Shown here: positions 1-10,044 of the stretch, piece after piece
Layout of the letters: the number at the start of each line of letters is the position of its first letter
Position numbering within the stretch: position 1 is the stretch's first letter
Source of the DNA: Sulfolobales archaeon HS-7
GTDB lineage: Archaea; Thermoproteota; Thermoprotei_A; Sulfolobales; Sulfolobaceae
Direction: 5' to 3'
Assembly: GCA_019704295.1 (NCBI GenBank)
Contig: AP024596.1
Location: 160,001 to 224,000, forward strand
Length of the DNA: 64,000 nucleotides
The notes under the pieces: model-generated
The model's database searches: none
Seen by the model: only the letters and a program-made list of their open reading frames with translations
Told to the model about the DNA's origin: nothing
Translations under genes and position numbers: made by a program

Positions 1-131
1 ATATATGGGAAATTCTTCCTAACCTGTTTGTCATAGGGGAAATCTACTACCTTCTTAAAGGGTCCACCGCATCTTTTACAGAGGAGTTCTAGCCCTTTAC
101 GAGGTGTTCCACACCTCATGCAAACGTCCAT
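1..131 (-). CDS. N-terminal part of a PLP-dependent threonine-synthase-like enzyme (runs off window)
   Basis: Own translation from ATG at 131: [43 protein letters not shown]. The CxxC...CxxC zinc ribbon is typical of Sulfolobales ThrC-like proteins. Starts 1 nt after the upstream stop. Confidence 0.65.
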   Translation of the reverse strand, partial: MDVCMRCGTPRKGLELLCKRCGGPFKKVVDFPYDKQVRKNFPY

Positions 132-132
132 T

Positions 133-531
133 TCATATCGAGTAGAATATACATCCCGTAGAGGATATAAAAGCTCCTAGGAACCCAAAAGCCATCAAGT
201 ATGCGAAATCAGGATTGTAGCCAGCATAGAAGAGTAAACCTCCTGCTGCAGCTACTGCGACGGATAGTATCGACGCTAACCCTAAATAGAAGAGGGATTT
301 GACGTTAGACATATACGTTGCTACGAAGAGGAAAGCGGTGGCAAATCCTACTAACATTGCCAAACTTATATGAGTTGATAGTACTGTTGCCATCCAAGTT
401 TGCGTTATTGGGAACTTATCGTAAAGTAGGGTGTAAAGTCCAGCAGCGTAGAGTAATCCCATTAGGAAAGCGTCTATTGATGAAACGACTAGCACTAGGT
501 TTTTAATAACTGTTCCCTGAGTGTTCTCCAT
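133..531 (-). CDS. 4-TM membrane protein, paralog of 538..954
   Basis: Four hydrophobic segments; shares [12 protein letters not shown] and FAY.M..G motifs with its neighbour. Confidence 0.75.
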   Translation of the reverse strand: MENTQGTVIKNLVLVVSSIDAFLMGLLYAAGLYTLLYDKFPITQTWMATVLSTHISLAMLVGFATAFLFVATYMSNVKSLFYLGLASILSVAVAAAGGLLFYAGYNPDFAYLMAFGFLGAFISSTGCIFYSI

Positions 532-537
532 ACTTAC

Positions 538-954
538 TCACTTCCTTAGAGCGTAGAATAAACCTCCTATACAGGTGAAGAGCACGAAGATATACCCTAG
601 GCCCATTCCGTAGGCGAAGATGGGATAAGATTCTCCGCCAAAGTAAATCAGTCCAAAAAACGCAGCAGCAACTACGGAGACGGCATTCATGATCATTAGG
701 ATCTTAAGAAGTAAACTGTTACTTTTCAGCCCCGCGCCTAATCCCAAAAGGGCGAGAACCGCTATTCCTATTGCGCTGTATATGTGTGCCGTTATGGCTG
801 CACCGACCAATGGTAGGTAGTAAATGTCTATTCCCATACCCGCAGCGTATATTGATGTTAGGAATAAGGCCTGCAGTAACATGATTGCCGGCAAGTACTG
901 TTGTTTTGATAAAGTCTGAACAGTTTTGTTGTAAATTTCTACGACAGAGGACAT
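538..954 (-). CDS. 4-TM membrane protein, paralog of 133..531
   Basis: Four TM segments; TATA-like TTTTTAAA about 25 nt upstream of the ATG. Confidence 0.75.
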   Translation of the reverse strand: MSSVVEIYNKTVQTLSKQQYLPAIMLLQALFLTSIYAAGMGIDIYYLPLVGAAITAHIYSAIGIAVLALLGLGAGLKSNSLLLKILMIMNAVSVVAAAFFGLIYFGGESYPIFAYGMGLGYIFVLFTCIGGLFYALRK

Positions 955-1034
955 AGTACTAACTTAATCTTATTCATTTAAAAAAATGATCCAGAAATCT
1001 GAAAACATATTTCTTCACTAAAAATAACTAAATT

Positions 1035-1232
1035 TTAACCGTTTAGTTTCCTAAAGATGTACAGGAACACTAGGGAGGTCAAAATTATGTACAGTGGTAC
1101 TAAAACCTCCGTGGTAGGTTCAACTCCTATACTTGAGCTTGAAAGGAAATCCAGTGGGAGTGATAGTATAACGAAAAAGATGAGAGCAACCGCCGTTATT
1201 AGTCCTACAACATAAGCCTTCACGAAATCCAC
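1035..1232 (-). CDS. small 2-TM membrane protein downstream of soxL (start may be GTG at 1223)
   Basis: Two hydrophobic helices; GTGA overlap with the preceding small ORF. Confidence 0.65.
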   Translation of the reverse strand: MDFVKAYVVGLITAVALIFFVILSLPLDFLSSSSIGVEPTTEVLVPLYIILTSLVFLYIFRKLNG

Positions 1233-1369
1233 CAGATAACGTCTGTTACCCTAAAAAGTATGGAATTCATTGGGGACGTATTCCAAATTAGATTGTATGC
1301 AACGAAGGCAGCCATTGCCGCAGTTCCACCAAATATTAATATTAAGATGAATATTCCTAACTTCGTCAT
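1220..1369 (-). CDS. unannotated 49-aa membrane peptide coupled to soxL
   Basis: Own translation MTKLGIFILILIFGGTAAMAAFVAYNLIWNTSPMNSILFRVTDVIWWIS*. The ATG lies 1 nt after the soxL stop and the stop overlaps the next gene start. Confidence 0.65.
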   Translation of the reverse strand: MTKLGIFILILIFGGTAAMAAFVAYNLIWNTSPMNSILFRVTDVIWWIS

Positions 1370-1370
1370 T

Positions 1371-2354
1371 TTAACCACTTTGGAACGTATCTCCTTCGTT
1401 TCTTACAATTGAGTAGCACTCGCTCGGGGTTTCGTTTGCTGAGAGGAGCTGTTGTGGGCACCCAGTTTGAGTGTTGTAGGAGGATAGATACGCAAAGGAT
1501 TCAAGGTCTGAGTTATGTCCCAGTATTACGGGAGCGTGGAGGTTCATTTCTGTAGCGTAGAGGAAATCTGTAGAAGAATCCCAGTAAAGTTTAACATACG
1601 GTAACGGTCTAACAGTTGGTCCGGTGACAACTGTGGCACCTAATTCTGGGGCATATGTAGATCCGTGGCAGTCGCAGTGAATTACGGAGTGAAGTCCCAG
1701 ACTTTTTGCCGCTTGGTAAGCATTAGGTGGAAGGAAGTCGGGGGGAATCCCTCCAGGAGCAAAATATGTGGGAGGATAGAAGTGTATTTCCGGAGGTTGA
1801 CAACCCAAGTGTTGACATATTGCACTAAACGCTACAATAGAGTTACTTGGTCCCACCCCGCCTGGGAAATGATATTTAGCTCCGTTCTCAGGAATCGTGA
1901 CCTCAGCGGGTGGTATTTTTATTGGATTATTATTTTCATCTCCCAAGTTCAAAAGGAACGTTATATCACCCTCCATTGGATACTGGAAGAGCATTATAGC
2001 TGGGTTGTTAACTTGCACTTGGGACGCTTTTATTGGGTTGCCATCAGTATCAACTAAAATTATCCAAGGGAAGGACTTTATGTATATTTGAGGCTGGTTT
2101 AGGTAGTCGATTACAGGTACTGCTGATGCTACTGCAAGAGCTCCTATTCCTATTATCATCCCCTTTAGGAAAGCTCTTCTAGTAGGATCTAACGGACCTA
2201 CATTTCTCTCGGCGTAGTCGTAAAAGTAATCCCTTCCTTTCTCCACAAATGTTTTCTGATCAAATCTAGTTTTCTCGTCTCTCATCTTATGTAAAAGCCT
2301 TCTAAGGAAGATAAGGTCGTTCTTCTTCACTATTGGTCGAGGCGATGCGTCCAT
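1371..2354 (-). CDS. soxL: Rieske [2Fe-2S] protein SoxL
   Basis: Tat motif TRRAFLKG plus TM; Rieske boxes CQHLGC and CDCHGS; divergent from soxABC; likely start MDASP at 2354 (ORF track starts at 2402). Confidence 0.9.
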   Translation of the reverse strand: MDASPRPIVKKNDLIFLRRLLHKMRDEKTRFDQKTFVEKGRDYFYDYAERNVGPLDPTRRAFLKGMIIGIGALAVASAVPVIDYLNQPQIYIKSFPWIILVDTDGNPIKASQVQVNNPAIMLFQYPMEGDITFLLNLGDENNNPIKIPPAEVTIPENGAKYHFPGGVGPSNSIVAFSAICQHLGCQPPEIHFYPPTYFAPGGIPPDFLPPNAYQAAKSLGLHSVIHCDCHGSTYAPELGATVVTGPTVRPLPYVKLYWDSSTDFLYATEMNLHAPVILGHNSDLESFAYLSSYNTQTGCPQQLLSANETPSECYSIVRNEGDTFQSG

Positions 2355-2687
2355 GGTATCACAGATGAATCTTGTCTCCACAAAGTAATTAAATTTTGTC
2401 ATAAATTTTGTATCTATTTTTCGAGGCCAACCCTAAATGCCTAGATACTTAATTTTGAGTTTTTGGATAGTTAATAAGGAGAAATACAACATATAGTCTT
2501 AGGTAGAAGCTACTAACGCTGTAGAAATCTCGCCTAGTGATTAGGTCTGTGCGTTAGCAGTATTAATTAAAAAAAGGTAAAATCTTATTCTTAAAAATAA
2601 TGTTACAACGAAAATACCTAGTTTAAATAATTCCTATGAAAAACTATTTAAACGTAAGGAAGGGCTAAGATAATAGGTGAATAGTTA

Positions 2688-3206
2688 GTGACAAATTCGT
2701 TAGTAGAGCATGCAGAAGTTATATGGTTTATTGTAATGCTAGTGTTAGTGGTTGGTTACTTTTCCTGGTCTGTCATAGAGATAGAACGCGGTTCGAGTAC
2801 AAGCTATAGATATGGGTTACCCTGCTTCTCTGGATTACCTAAAGACGCACAGGATGCCGTTTTAGCGTTTGAGAGGGACCCCCCAGCTAATCACACCTCG
2901 GAGGTAATTGACGGAATTCTCGTGGTTAATATGACGGTTACTCAGCCTGACGGGTTCCACCCATCTATTATTGTGGCTCATACGAATCAGCCTGTGACTA
3001 TAATGATTACCTCTAATCAAGTAGTTACCGGATTTTATTTGAGACTTCCTTATGGAGTTGTTAACATAAACTCCGTACCTAATATAACCACTTACGTTTA
3101 CTTCGTAACCCCACAAACCCCAGGGAATTACATATGGCACGAACCCGAATATGCAGGATGGAACTTCTCATACTGGAATGGAACACTTGAGGTGGTAGCT
3201 GCATGA
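2688..3206 (+). CDS. soxA: quinol oxidase subunit II (SoxA)
   Basis: N-terminal TM plus cupredoxin domain with CuA ligands lost (WHEPEYAGWNFSYW); directly upstream of subunit I. Confidence 0.85.
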   Translation: MTNSLVEHAEVIWFIVMLVLVVGYFSWSVIEIERGSSTSYRYGLPCFSGLPKDAQDAVLAFERDPPANHTSEVIDGILVVNMTVTQPDGFHPSIIVAHTNQPVTIMITSNQVVTGFYLRLPYGVVNINSVPNITTYVYFVTPQTPGNYIWHEPEYAGWNFSYWNGTLEVVAA

Positions 3207-4792
3207 TGAAAACTCCCCTTTTAATATTAGACAAGATTAGCAAGGGATTGTCGTCAATTTTCTCTAAGATAGGAAAAGGTGCTAATCCAAAAGATACGTT
3301 AGGGGTAGTTTGGCTATACACTCTGGGTTCTGTTGCGTGGCTGATGGCCCTGGGAATAGCAGCTATGAATATGAGAACTTACTTAGTAAATGACGCTAAT
3401 TCTCCTTCTGTAGGTCCAGTGTATTATACTGCTCTAACTTTGCATGGATGGGGCGCTATGTTGGGTTTCGTGCCAAATGCGGCATTAGCTGTGATAGCTT
3501 ACTCCCTATACAAATCTGGTATGTCAATAAGACATGTTAAGCTAATGGCTGCGCTGTTCTGGATATCTAACCTGGCTCTAGTGTTCGCAATGTTGGGCGG
3601 ACCCGATATGGGTTGGTACATGTATCCACCGCTTGCAATAGAAGATAACGCAGTATTTCGCGCTTTCTTAATATACACCGGTAAAATGATAGGTGTAGCG
3701 TACACAGCGATGGCAGTTGAGGCAATTCTTCAAACGGTAGCTTCAATAGTATTAGTTGTTGACGCATACCAAACTAAACCTAAAGGAGAAAGAATTAACA
3801 TTTTCGCTGCTTATGGGGTTGCCTTTGCAATAATCATTGCAATGACCCTTCCGGCGTTAGCCGGCGCTGAACTGTGGTATGCCCTATACTTCTTCTTTCC
3901 GAGGGTGTTCCCTGTTGATAGTCTCCTATGGGTTATTCTGTTCTGGTTTTACGGTCATCCCGTTGTGTATTACGTTCCATTCCCGTTATTTGGTGCACTA
4001 TACTACTTCGTTCCAAAGTACGCTAATAGAGAGTTATTTAGCGAGAAGTGGGCCAGATGGAACATCTACCTACTCGCTATAGGTTCAATGCTTATCTGGG
4101 TACACCACCTGCAGACATGGCCCTTACCCGTACCAATAAGGTTATGGGTTAACTTGAGTACCCTCGTCCTCGCCTCTGGATCAGGGCTTACAGTACTTAA
4201 CCTCGGACTAACAATTCTCTTCTCGAAAGGCTATAACTTCAGAGATCCGATAGGAATGACTTTCCTCATAGCCCTAATCGGGTTTATATTAGGAGGTATT
4301 CAGGCGATATTTTTACCGGAGAATCCCATAAATCCAATAGTTCACGACACTTACTATATTGTAGGACATTTTCACCTGATAATATGGACGTTAATCGTAA
4401 TGGGATTCACGGGAGTCTTCCTAGATATGCTGAAGAGTACTCTCCCTGGATTTAATTACAGTGAGAGAGGTTCCAAGTTGATGATAATAGGTGCGTTACT
4501 CTGGACGGTGCCTTTTCTTCTAGTAGGATATCTTATGAGCACTGCTGGATATCTTGGATTAATAAGAAGGGTTATCGCTTATGCTCCGATGTTCCAGCCG
4601 TATATGGAGGGAATGTCTCTCCTTGCGGAGATAGGCATACCAGGATTAGTGATAGTGCTAACGACCGCTATATCGGAATATGTGGCGTATTCCGCTTCAA
4701 GACCTACTGGGGTAACTGTAGCATCAGCAGGATTACCTTCAGTTTCGGCACAAGAAGCAAAAGATGTTATAGATAGTAATGCAAATAAATAA
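3203..4792 (+). CDS. soxB: heme-copper oxidase subunit I (SoxB)
   Basis: LHG, WFYGHPVVY, WVHH and GHFH ligand motifs; about 12 TM. Confidence 0.93.
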   Translation: MMKTPLLILDKISKGLSSIFSKIGKGANPKDTLGVVWLYTLGSVAWLMALGIAAMNMRTYLVNDANSPSVGPVYYTALTLHGWGAMLGFVPNAALAVIAYSLYKSGMSIRHVKLMAALFWISNLALVFAMLGGPDMGWYMYPPLAIEDNAVFRAFLIYTGKMIGVAYTAMAVEAILQTVASIVLVVDAYQTKPKGERINIFAAYGVAFAIIIAMTLPALAGAELWYALYFFFPRVFPVDSLLWVILFWFYGHPVVYYVPFPLFGALYYFVPKYANRELFSEKWARWNIYLLAIGSMLIWVHHLQTWPLPVPIRLWVNLSTLVLASGSGLTVLNLGLTILFSKGYNFRDPIGMTFLIALIGFILGGIQAIFLPENPINPIVHDTYYIVGHFHLIIWTLIVMGFTGVFLDMLKSTLPGFNYSERGSKLMIIGALLWTVPFLLVGYLMSTAGYLGLIRRVIAYAPMFQPYMEGMSLLAEIGIPGLVIVLTTAISEYVAYSASRPTGVTVASAGLPSVSAQEAKDVIDSNANK

Positions 4793-4825
4793 AATAGAGA
4801 CTTGAGAGAAGAGAGTGAATGAAGT

Positions 4826-6577
4826 ATGGCAGAAGGGGGAAAAGGTCTCATCGATACGATACTTGATAGGTTAGGAATAAACGAAGCGCCTTTCTTTAGG
4901 ACACCAGATTACATGTATAATGCCTCCTACTGGCTCGGCGCGATGCTTACAGCCTCTTTTGGATACACGGTGATGACCGGACTATTTCTGCTGTTATATT
5001 ATATTCCTGCAAACGCTTACCCTTCAACGCAAGCGATAATACATAGCGTGCCCTACGGGTCAGTAATTCTGCTGAGTCATCTTTACGGAGCCTATATTAT
5101 GATAGTCTTGGTTTACATTCACATGTTCAGGAATTTCTTTAAGGGAGCTTATAAAAAGCCAAGAGAGTTACAGTGGGTTACTGGGCTCATTCTCTTTGCC
5201 TTAACGTTAGGCGCTTCCTTCTTTGGATATTCTTTAGTTGGAGACGTTCTTGGAGTGAACGCGGTAGATATAGGTGACGAGCTTTTAGTAGGGACCGGGT
5301 TTCCAGGGGCTACTACGTTGGCTAACTGGATATTCGGACCTGGAGGGGGCGCAGCTGCATCCTCCAATCCTATAATAAGAGCTGAACTATTCGATAGGCT
5401 CTTAGGATGGCATATTATAATGGTAGCGCTGATCGGCTTAGTTTTCGGAATGCACTTCCTCATGTCAGAGAGGTATGGAATGACCCCATCTGCAAAGGAA
5501 AAGCCCTTAGTTCCCGCTTATTACACTAAGGAAGAACAGGCGAAATTTAACGCGTGGTGGCCTAGGAATTTCGTTTACATGCTTTCCCTGGTCTTGATGA
5601 CTTGGGGAGTTATTCTAATTGTACCTAACCTTTTAGCTAACATAAACGGAGTCTCAGGGATTATAGCGAAGTTCGTTGATTCAATTGATCCATACGCGCA
5701 CCTTGGCCCAGTTGGGGTATCTGCCCTTCCCATCGTAATAAGCCCATATCCTGCTCCTCAATATGGCTCTCCTGCAGCTATACATACGCAACCTTATCCA
5801 CCCTGGTTTTTCCTATTCTTATACAAGTTCGTCGATTTCGAACTCCCTAATGGGCAGCCTCTATCTCCCGCTGAAGCTGTTTCCCTTCTAGTAATAGGTC
5901 TGCTCGTGATAATGTTTATTCCCTTCTACGACAACAGCAAATATCTAAGCGCCCTATCTAGGAAGTTCTGGACCTGGTTGATGTCAGTCTTTGCCCTATC
6001 CGTTGTTATTCTAAGTGTATGGGGGTATTTCGATCCTGGTATACCGGCACCGACAATGCAGCAAGCGCTATACCTAGGAGTTCCAGCTTTCGTGGTAGCT
6101 GTTATTATTATTGTCGCAGACTTTGTAGGGAAGCGTAAAAAGAGAACGAGTTCTAACATTCCTGCTCAGCTGCCCAAAATAAGTCCGATCACCATTTTAT
6201 GGGGATCGGTGACTACCTTGCTATTTGCTGGTACTTTGGGAACCACATTGACTCAACCATCAATAGTGGCAGTAGGAATACTTGTACCTATAGGGGTGCT
6301 TATGTATCAGTTTTTCAGGAAGATCGCTAGTTACTATTGGATAAAAGCCCACGGTCAAGCTCCAGCCTCATATAGTAGAGTATCTCTAAACAAGAAGATT
6401 GCCTTCTACGGAATAATAATAATACTAATAATCTCAGCTTTCCTAACCGGCCTCATGTGGACACTTCCTAGCGTGGGAACAGCAGCTACAATCTCAGGGC
6501 TAGATCTAGGTACGGTGCTATTCCTTTGGGGGTATGCTATAAACCTATATCACTACGTTGTATACGTGAGGGATTGA
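4826..6577 (+). CDS. soxC: cytochrome b-like subunit SoxC
   Basis: Cytochrome b motifs SHLYGAY..HMFR, YKKPRELQW, WH...H, YPPWFFL; follows soxAB. Confidence 0.9.
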   Translation: MAEGGKGLIDTILDRLGINEAPFFRTPDYMYNASYWLGAMLTASFGYTVMTGLFLLLYYIPANAYPSTQAIIHSVPYGSVILLSHLYGAYIMIVLVYIHMFRNFFKGAYKKPRELQWVTGLILFALTLGASFFGYSLVGDVLGVNAVDIGDELLVGTGFPGATTLANWIFGPGGGAAASSNPIIRAELFDRLLGWHIIMVALIGLVFGMHFLMSERYGMTPSAKEKPLVPAYYTKEEQAKFNAWWPRNFVYMLSLVLMTWGVILIVPNLLANINGVSGIIAKFVDSIDPYAHLGPVGVSALPIVISPYPAPQYGSPAAIHTQPYPPWFFLFLYKFVDFELPNGQPLSPAEAVSLLVIGLLVIMFIPFYDNSKYLSALSRKFWTWLMSVFALSVVILSVWGYFDPGIPAPTMQQALYLGVPAFVVAVIIIVADFVGKRKKRTSSNIPAQLPKISPITILWGSVTTLLFAGTLGTTLTQPSIVAVGILVPIGVLMYQFFRKIASYYWIKAHGQAPASYSRVSLNKKIAFYGIIIILIISAFLTGLMWTLPSVGTAATISGLDLGTVLFLWGYAINLYHYVVYVRD

Positions 6578-6580
6578 GTC

Positions 6581-7126
6581 ATAAAGAAAACTAGATTTTT
6601 TTTCTCTATACTTTCTATTATTGCAATAATCTACGTATACTTACCATTTAATCTCAACTTGATAAAGTCCGATCCTATTTTCCTCATGGCGTCGCACTAC
6701 CTTACGTTTTCTGCAGGGATAACCCTATCGTTTTACTACATAAAGCTGAATAAGTACATCGGACTGATTGGAGTCGTCCCGGCAATAGTTTTCCATCTCC
6801 CGTATTTCTTTTGCCTTAGCGCTGCCCATTCGTCGTGGACGTACACGGACTTCACTCTAATGTTTATGGGTGGACTCCTTCTCGGTTCGTCTATACGGGA
6901 CTTTTCTAATTCAATGAGAATTTCGTTGTTCATTCTCTATATGATAGGGGATACGTTGCTGGCGGTTTTATTCGTAATAGGCTCTCCCCTCTATTCCTCG
7001 CAAGTTATACCATTTTCACCGTATTCTCCGGGACAATTTCTTGATACTGGTATATTAATGTTCGGTGTCATGAATACAATTCTAGCTTACATTCTGATAT
7101 ATTTCTTCAGGAAACTGGCCATATGA
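6581..7126 (+). CDS. DUF1404-type (CtaG-like) membrane protein, probable oxidase assembly factor
   Basis: MASHY, FHLPYFF and MIGDTLL motifs. The frame stays open upstream of TTG 6659 to the soxC stop and encodes an extra TM helix; the ATA start at 6581 is inferred. Confidence 0.7.
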   Translation: MKKTRFFFSILSIIAIIYVYLPFNLNLIKSDPIFLMASHYLTFSAGITLSFYYIKLNKYIGLIGVVPAIVFHLPYFFCLSAAHSSWTYTDFTLMFMGGLLLGSSIRDFSNSMRISLFILYMIGDTLLAVLFVIGSPLYSSQVIPFSPYSPGQFLDTGILMFGVMNTILAYILIYFFRKLAI

Positions 7127-7140
7127 TGGATTTGTTCTTT

Positions 7141-7860
7141 TTAAGCAACTTTGTTCTTCAAGTAGTCTCTTATGTAGCTAAATAAATGATTTATTTCCTC
7201 TATGTCCTGGAAGCTGTGTCTCCCTCTATACCAAAACAACTCTTCAAGAAAAGGTATAACGAACGTTTTACATTTACACCAATCGCCTATCTCGCTAGCC
7301 TGCTCTCTAGCTAATTCGAGTTCGTCTGGGAGAGGGGGAACTAAATTGATTACGAAAGCAACCTTGTCCGAATTTAATTCTTTAGACAATTCATTCATCA
7401 TATTTACGTTCTCCTTTACGTCTGGTGGGAATGGATCCGAAACGCTCACCGTACCGATCCTAGTGCCTATTTCCGATTTGAAGAATTCTATTTCCTTGGC
7501 TGATATATTGTGCCTTATTAGGTAAGGCTCTCCATAATCAACTATGAAGTAATCATATTTTTTGTATATTTCGATTAATTTTGCTTCATCAAAGTACTTG
7601 TCACACTTAAAATAGGAGGAGATATCCCCAAAAAATTTTAGCACTCCGAGGTTATCATATTGTTTGTAAAATTCCGAAATGGCTTCTCCCTTCGTTTTAC
7701 AGTAGCCCATACCTCTAAATCCCAACAACTTCGACCCCCATCCAAGCAGGTCCTTATCTATAAAGAGTACCTTATTCTCTCCCGCTAATTTCATCGCAAT
7801 GTATAGGGATATAGTAGTTTTCCCTGTCCCCCCTTTTACTCCGACGAAACCAACTCGCAT
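7141..7860 (-). CDS. ParA/MinD-family ATPase
   Basis: Deviant Walker A GVKGGTGKT, IDKD, YFIVD. Confidence 0.8.
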   Translation of the reverse strand: MRVGFVGVKGGTGKTTISLYIAMKLAGENKVLFIDKDLLGWGSKLLGFRGMGYCKTKGEAISEFYKQYDNLGVLKFFGDISSYFKCDKYFDEAKLIEIYKKYDYFIVDYGEPYLIRHNISAKEIEFFKSEIGTRIGTVSVSDPFPPDVKENVNMMNELSKELNSDKVAFVINLVPPLPDELELAREQASEIGDWCKCKTFVIPFLEELFWYRGRHSFQDIEEINHLFSYIRDYLKNKVA

Positions 7861-8051
7861 TAAAGTGAGTTTACTAGACTTGTTAAAAAATTAAATGAAA
7901 GATTTTTTTATTTTTTCTGACTTGTTCATATCAATAATGGTAATTAAGTAGGCCAGAGTTCTCTGCGTTGAGTTATCACATTCTGTATCACACGTCGGTT
8001 ATTTCTAAGAACATCACTAACTGAAACTAAAGTAGTGCTTTTTCTCTCTTA

Positions 8052-8252
8052 GAGCGATTCATGTATCTTTTACGAATTGTAATATTTTCTTAGAATTAGT
8101 ATAACTGCGCTTAGAAATAATTGATTACGTATCATAACGTTGATTGAGTTTTCAGTATATCCTTTTGTTTCTGCAATTACCAAATCAGAATTGATTATTT
8201 TATCTTAAGATACTGAAATAAAATGACTTCTCAATGAAACCTTAGAGGGCCC
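8052..8252 (+). mobile_element. MITE-family copy, long variant (201 bp)
   Basis: Left end GAGCGATTCATGTATCTTTTACGAATTGTAAT and right end AAATAAAATGACTTCTC...AGGGCCC match the family ends; the interior differs. Confidence 0.55.
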
Positions 8253-8546
8253 TGTTTTACGTGAAATGCGGGAAATGGTGTTTTAACATAATCAGTTGCA
8301 AATGATTTTTTTGATTATTTCAGAATTTTACGTAACTAGCGTTGATAGTTGCTATGACATCTTTACTCAAATCGAAAGCCTTAAATTGTTTTCATTAGGA
8401 TTGTAACACCTCTTAACCAGGAAAGTGCTATTACTCTGTAAGGAATACATGAAGATGCATAACCTAGAGAAAATTATAACTCTTCATTAGGTTAATCAGT
8501 CGTTCTAAGAAGACCATGATCCTGATAGTTTTTAGTAAAGAGCGTT

Positions 8547-9248
8547 TTACCTTCGTCGTGCCGCAATTAGGTAAGTAATTATGGAAACTATAAGGAAAGC
8601 AACCATCCCAATAAAGTATTGGTAGGAAAATCCTCCGCTAAGTACAGCATCAAGTTCCTGCGAAATCATGGTAGTTGGTTCTAATAATGCCAAGTATCTT
8701 AAAAAAGGAGGGAGAAGTGATATAGGGAAGAAAGTGGGAGCGAAGAACGAGAATATCCACGTAAAAACTTGAGATAATTGATTTACTGTTCTAACGGAGA
8801 CTCCAGTTCCTAAAGCAAGTCCGAAAACGAAGGCATACCCTCCACCTATTACGTAAGTTAGGGCTAATAGGGGCCAATTAGGTACAGTGTGAACAATCGG
8901 TTCCGCTAGCAAGACCAGGAGTATGATTACGGGAAAGTTGAATATTAATTCATAAAGGACAGAGGACAGCGTTATAACCCACTTCCTTATTTTAGCAGTG
9001 TAAAGCAGGGTGAGTTGCCCGGAGTACTTCAGAAAAGAGACCGTTTGTGAGGTGATTAGAAAGGCTGTCACGAAGATATACATAGTAACGGTACCGCTGA
9101 TGATGTATACATCCTTAAAGGCCGATCCGAAAGCAACTAGGAAGCCTATGGGAAACATTATCAGGTAAAAAAGTCCAGATATAATGCTTCCTTTACTCTG
9201 CCTAAAGGTAAGTTCTAAAAGTATTAGAAATTTCCTAATTTGGCTCAT
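8547..9248 (-). CDS. ABC-2 type exporter permease
   Basis: Six TM, FFPISLLP motif; overlaps the ATPase gene. Confidence 0.85.
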   Translation of the reverse strand: MSQIRKFLILLELTFRQSKGSIISGLFYLIMFPIGFLVAFGSAFKDVYIISGTVTMYIFVTAFLITSQTVSFLKYSGQLTLLYTAKIRKWVITLSSVLYELIFNFPVIILLVLLAEPIVHTVPNWPLLALTYVIGGGYAFVFGLALGTGVSVRTVNQLSQVFTWIFSFFAPTFFPISLLPPFLRYLALLEPTTMISQELDAVLSGGFSYQYFIGMVAFLIVSIITYLIAARRR

Positions 9249-10044
9249 TCGATATCACCTTATCGTATATTTCGTCTAAGTCGGGTAGGCGAATTTCATA
9301 CTTGTAATTAAGATTTCTTATGAAACTCAGCAACTCCTCCTCTCTGACGTTATACTTCTCTCCTGTTTCCACATTAATCACTTGATAGTAATTCGCGAAC
9401 TTCTTACGTAGCTCTCCCGTCTTTCCAAAAAGCAGGATCTTCCTATTCAGGAAATATATCCTATCAGATAACTTCTCCGCCTCTTCAAGGTAATGCGTAG
9501 TAAGAATTATCCCGGTTCCCGCTCTCTTGAGATCGGAGATTATATTCCAGACCTCTCTTCTAGATTGAGGGTCTAGTCCCGTTGTAGGTTCGTCCAAGAT
9601 TAGGTATTTTGGGGAGGAGGTCAGGGCAGAAGCTATAAGTACTTTCCTTTTATTCCCTCCAGAAAGAGCGTCTACTTTCTTATTTTCTATGCTAAATCGT
9701 TCCATTAATTCCTCTGTCATCTCCTTAGCTTCCCGCCTACTAAGACCTTTAAGCATACCCATAATGTAGATATGCTCGAAACTAGTTAACCCATCCATGA
9801 CATCTACGTCTTGAGGAACCACTCCCAGAACATCCAAGGCGTTGTACGGGTCCATTTCGTCTATTTCTATTTCCCCTTTATCGCTTTTGAGTTCCCCATA
9901 TATCTGCCTCATAAGGGTGGTCTTACCTCCACCGTTAGGTCCTAGAAAAGATACTACTTCTCCCTTATTAACGGAGAAGGTTACGTCTTCGTTTACGACT
10001 TTTCCCTTAAATGATTTCCATATGTGGGTACCGCTTATCATCAC
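9235..10044 (-). CDS. ABC exporter ATP-binding protein
   Basis: GPNGGGKT, LSGGNKR, LILDEPT. Confidence 0.92.
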   Translation of the reverse strand: MMISGTHIWKSFKGKVVNEDVTFSVNKGEVVSFLGPNGGGKTTLMRQIYGELKSDKGEIEIDEMDPYNALDVLGVVPQDVDVMDGLTSFEHIYIMGMLKGLSRREAKEMTEELMERFSIENKKVDALSGGNKRKVLIASALTSSPKYLILDEPTTGLDPQSRREVWNIISDLKRAGTGIILTTHYLEEAEKLSDRIYFLNRKILLFGKTGELRKKFANYYQVINVETGEKYNVREEELLSFIRNLNYKYEIRLPDLDEIYDKVISNEPN

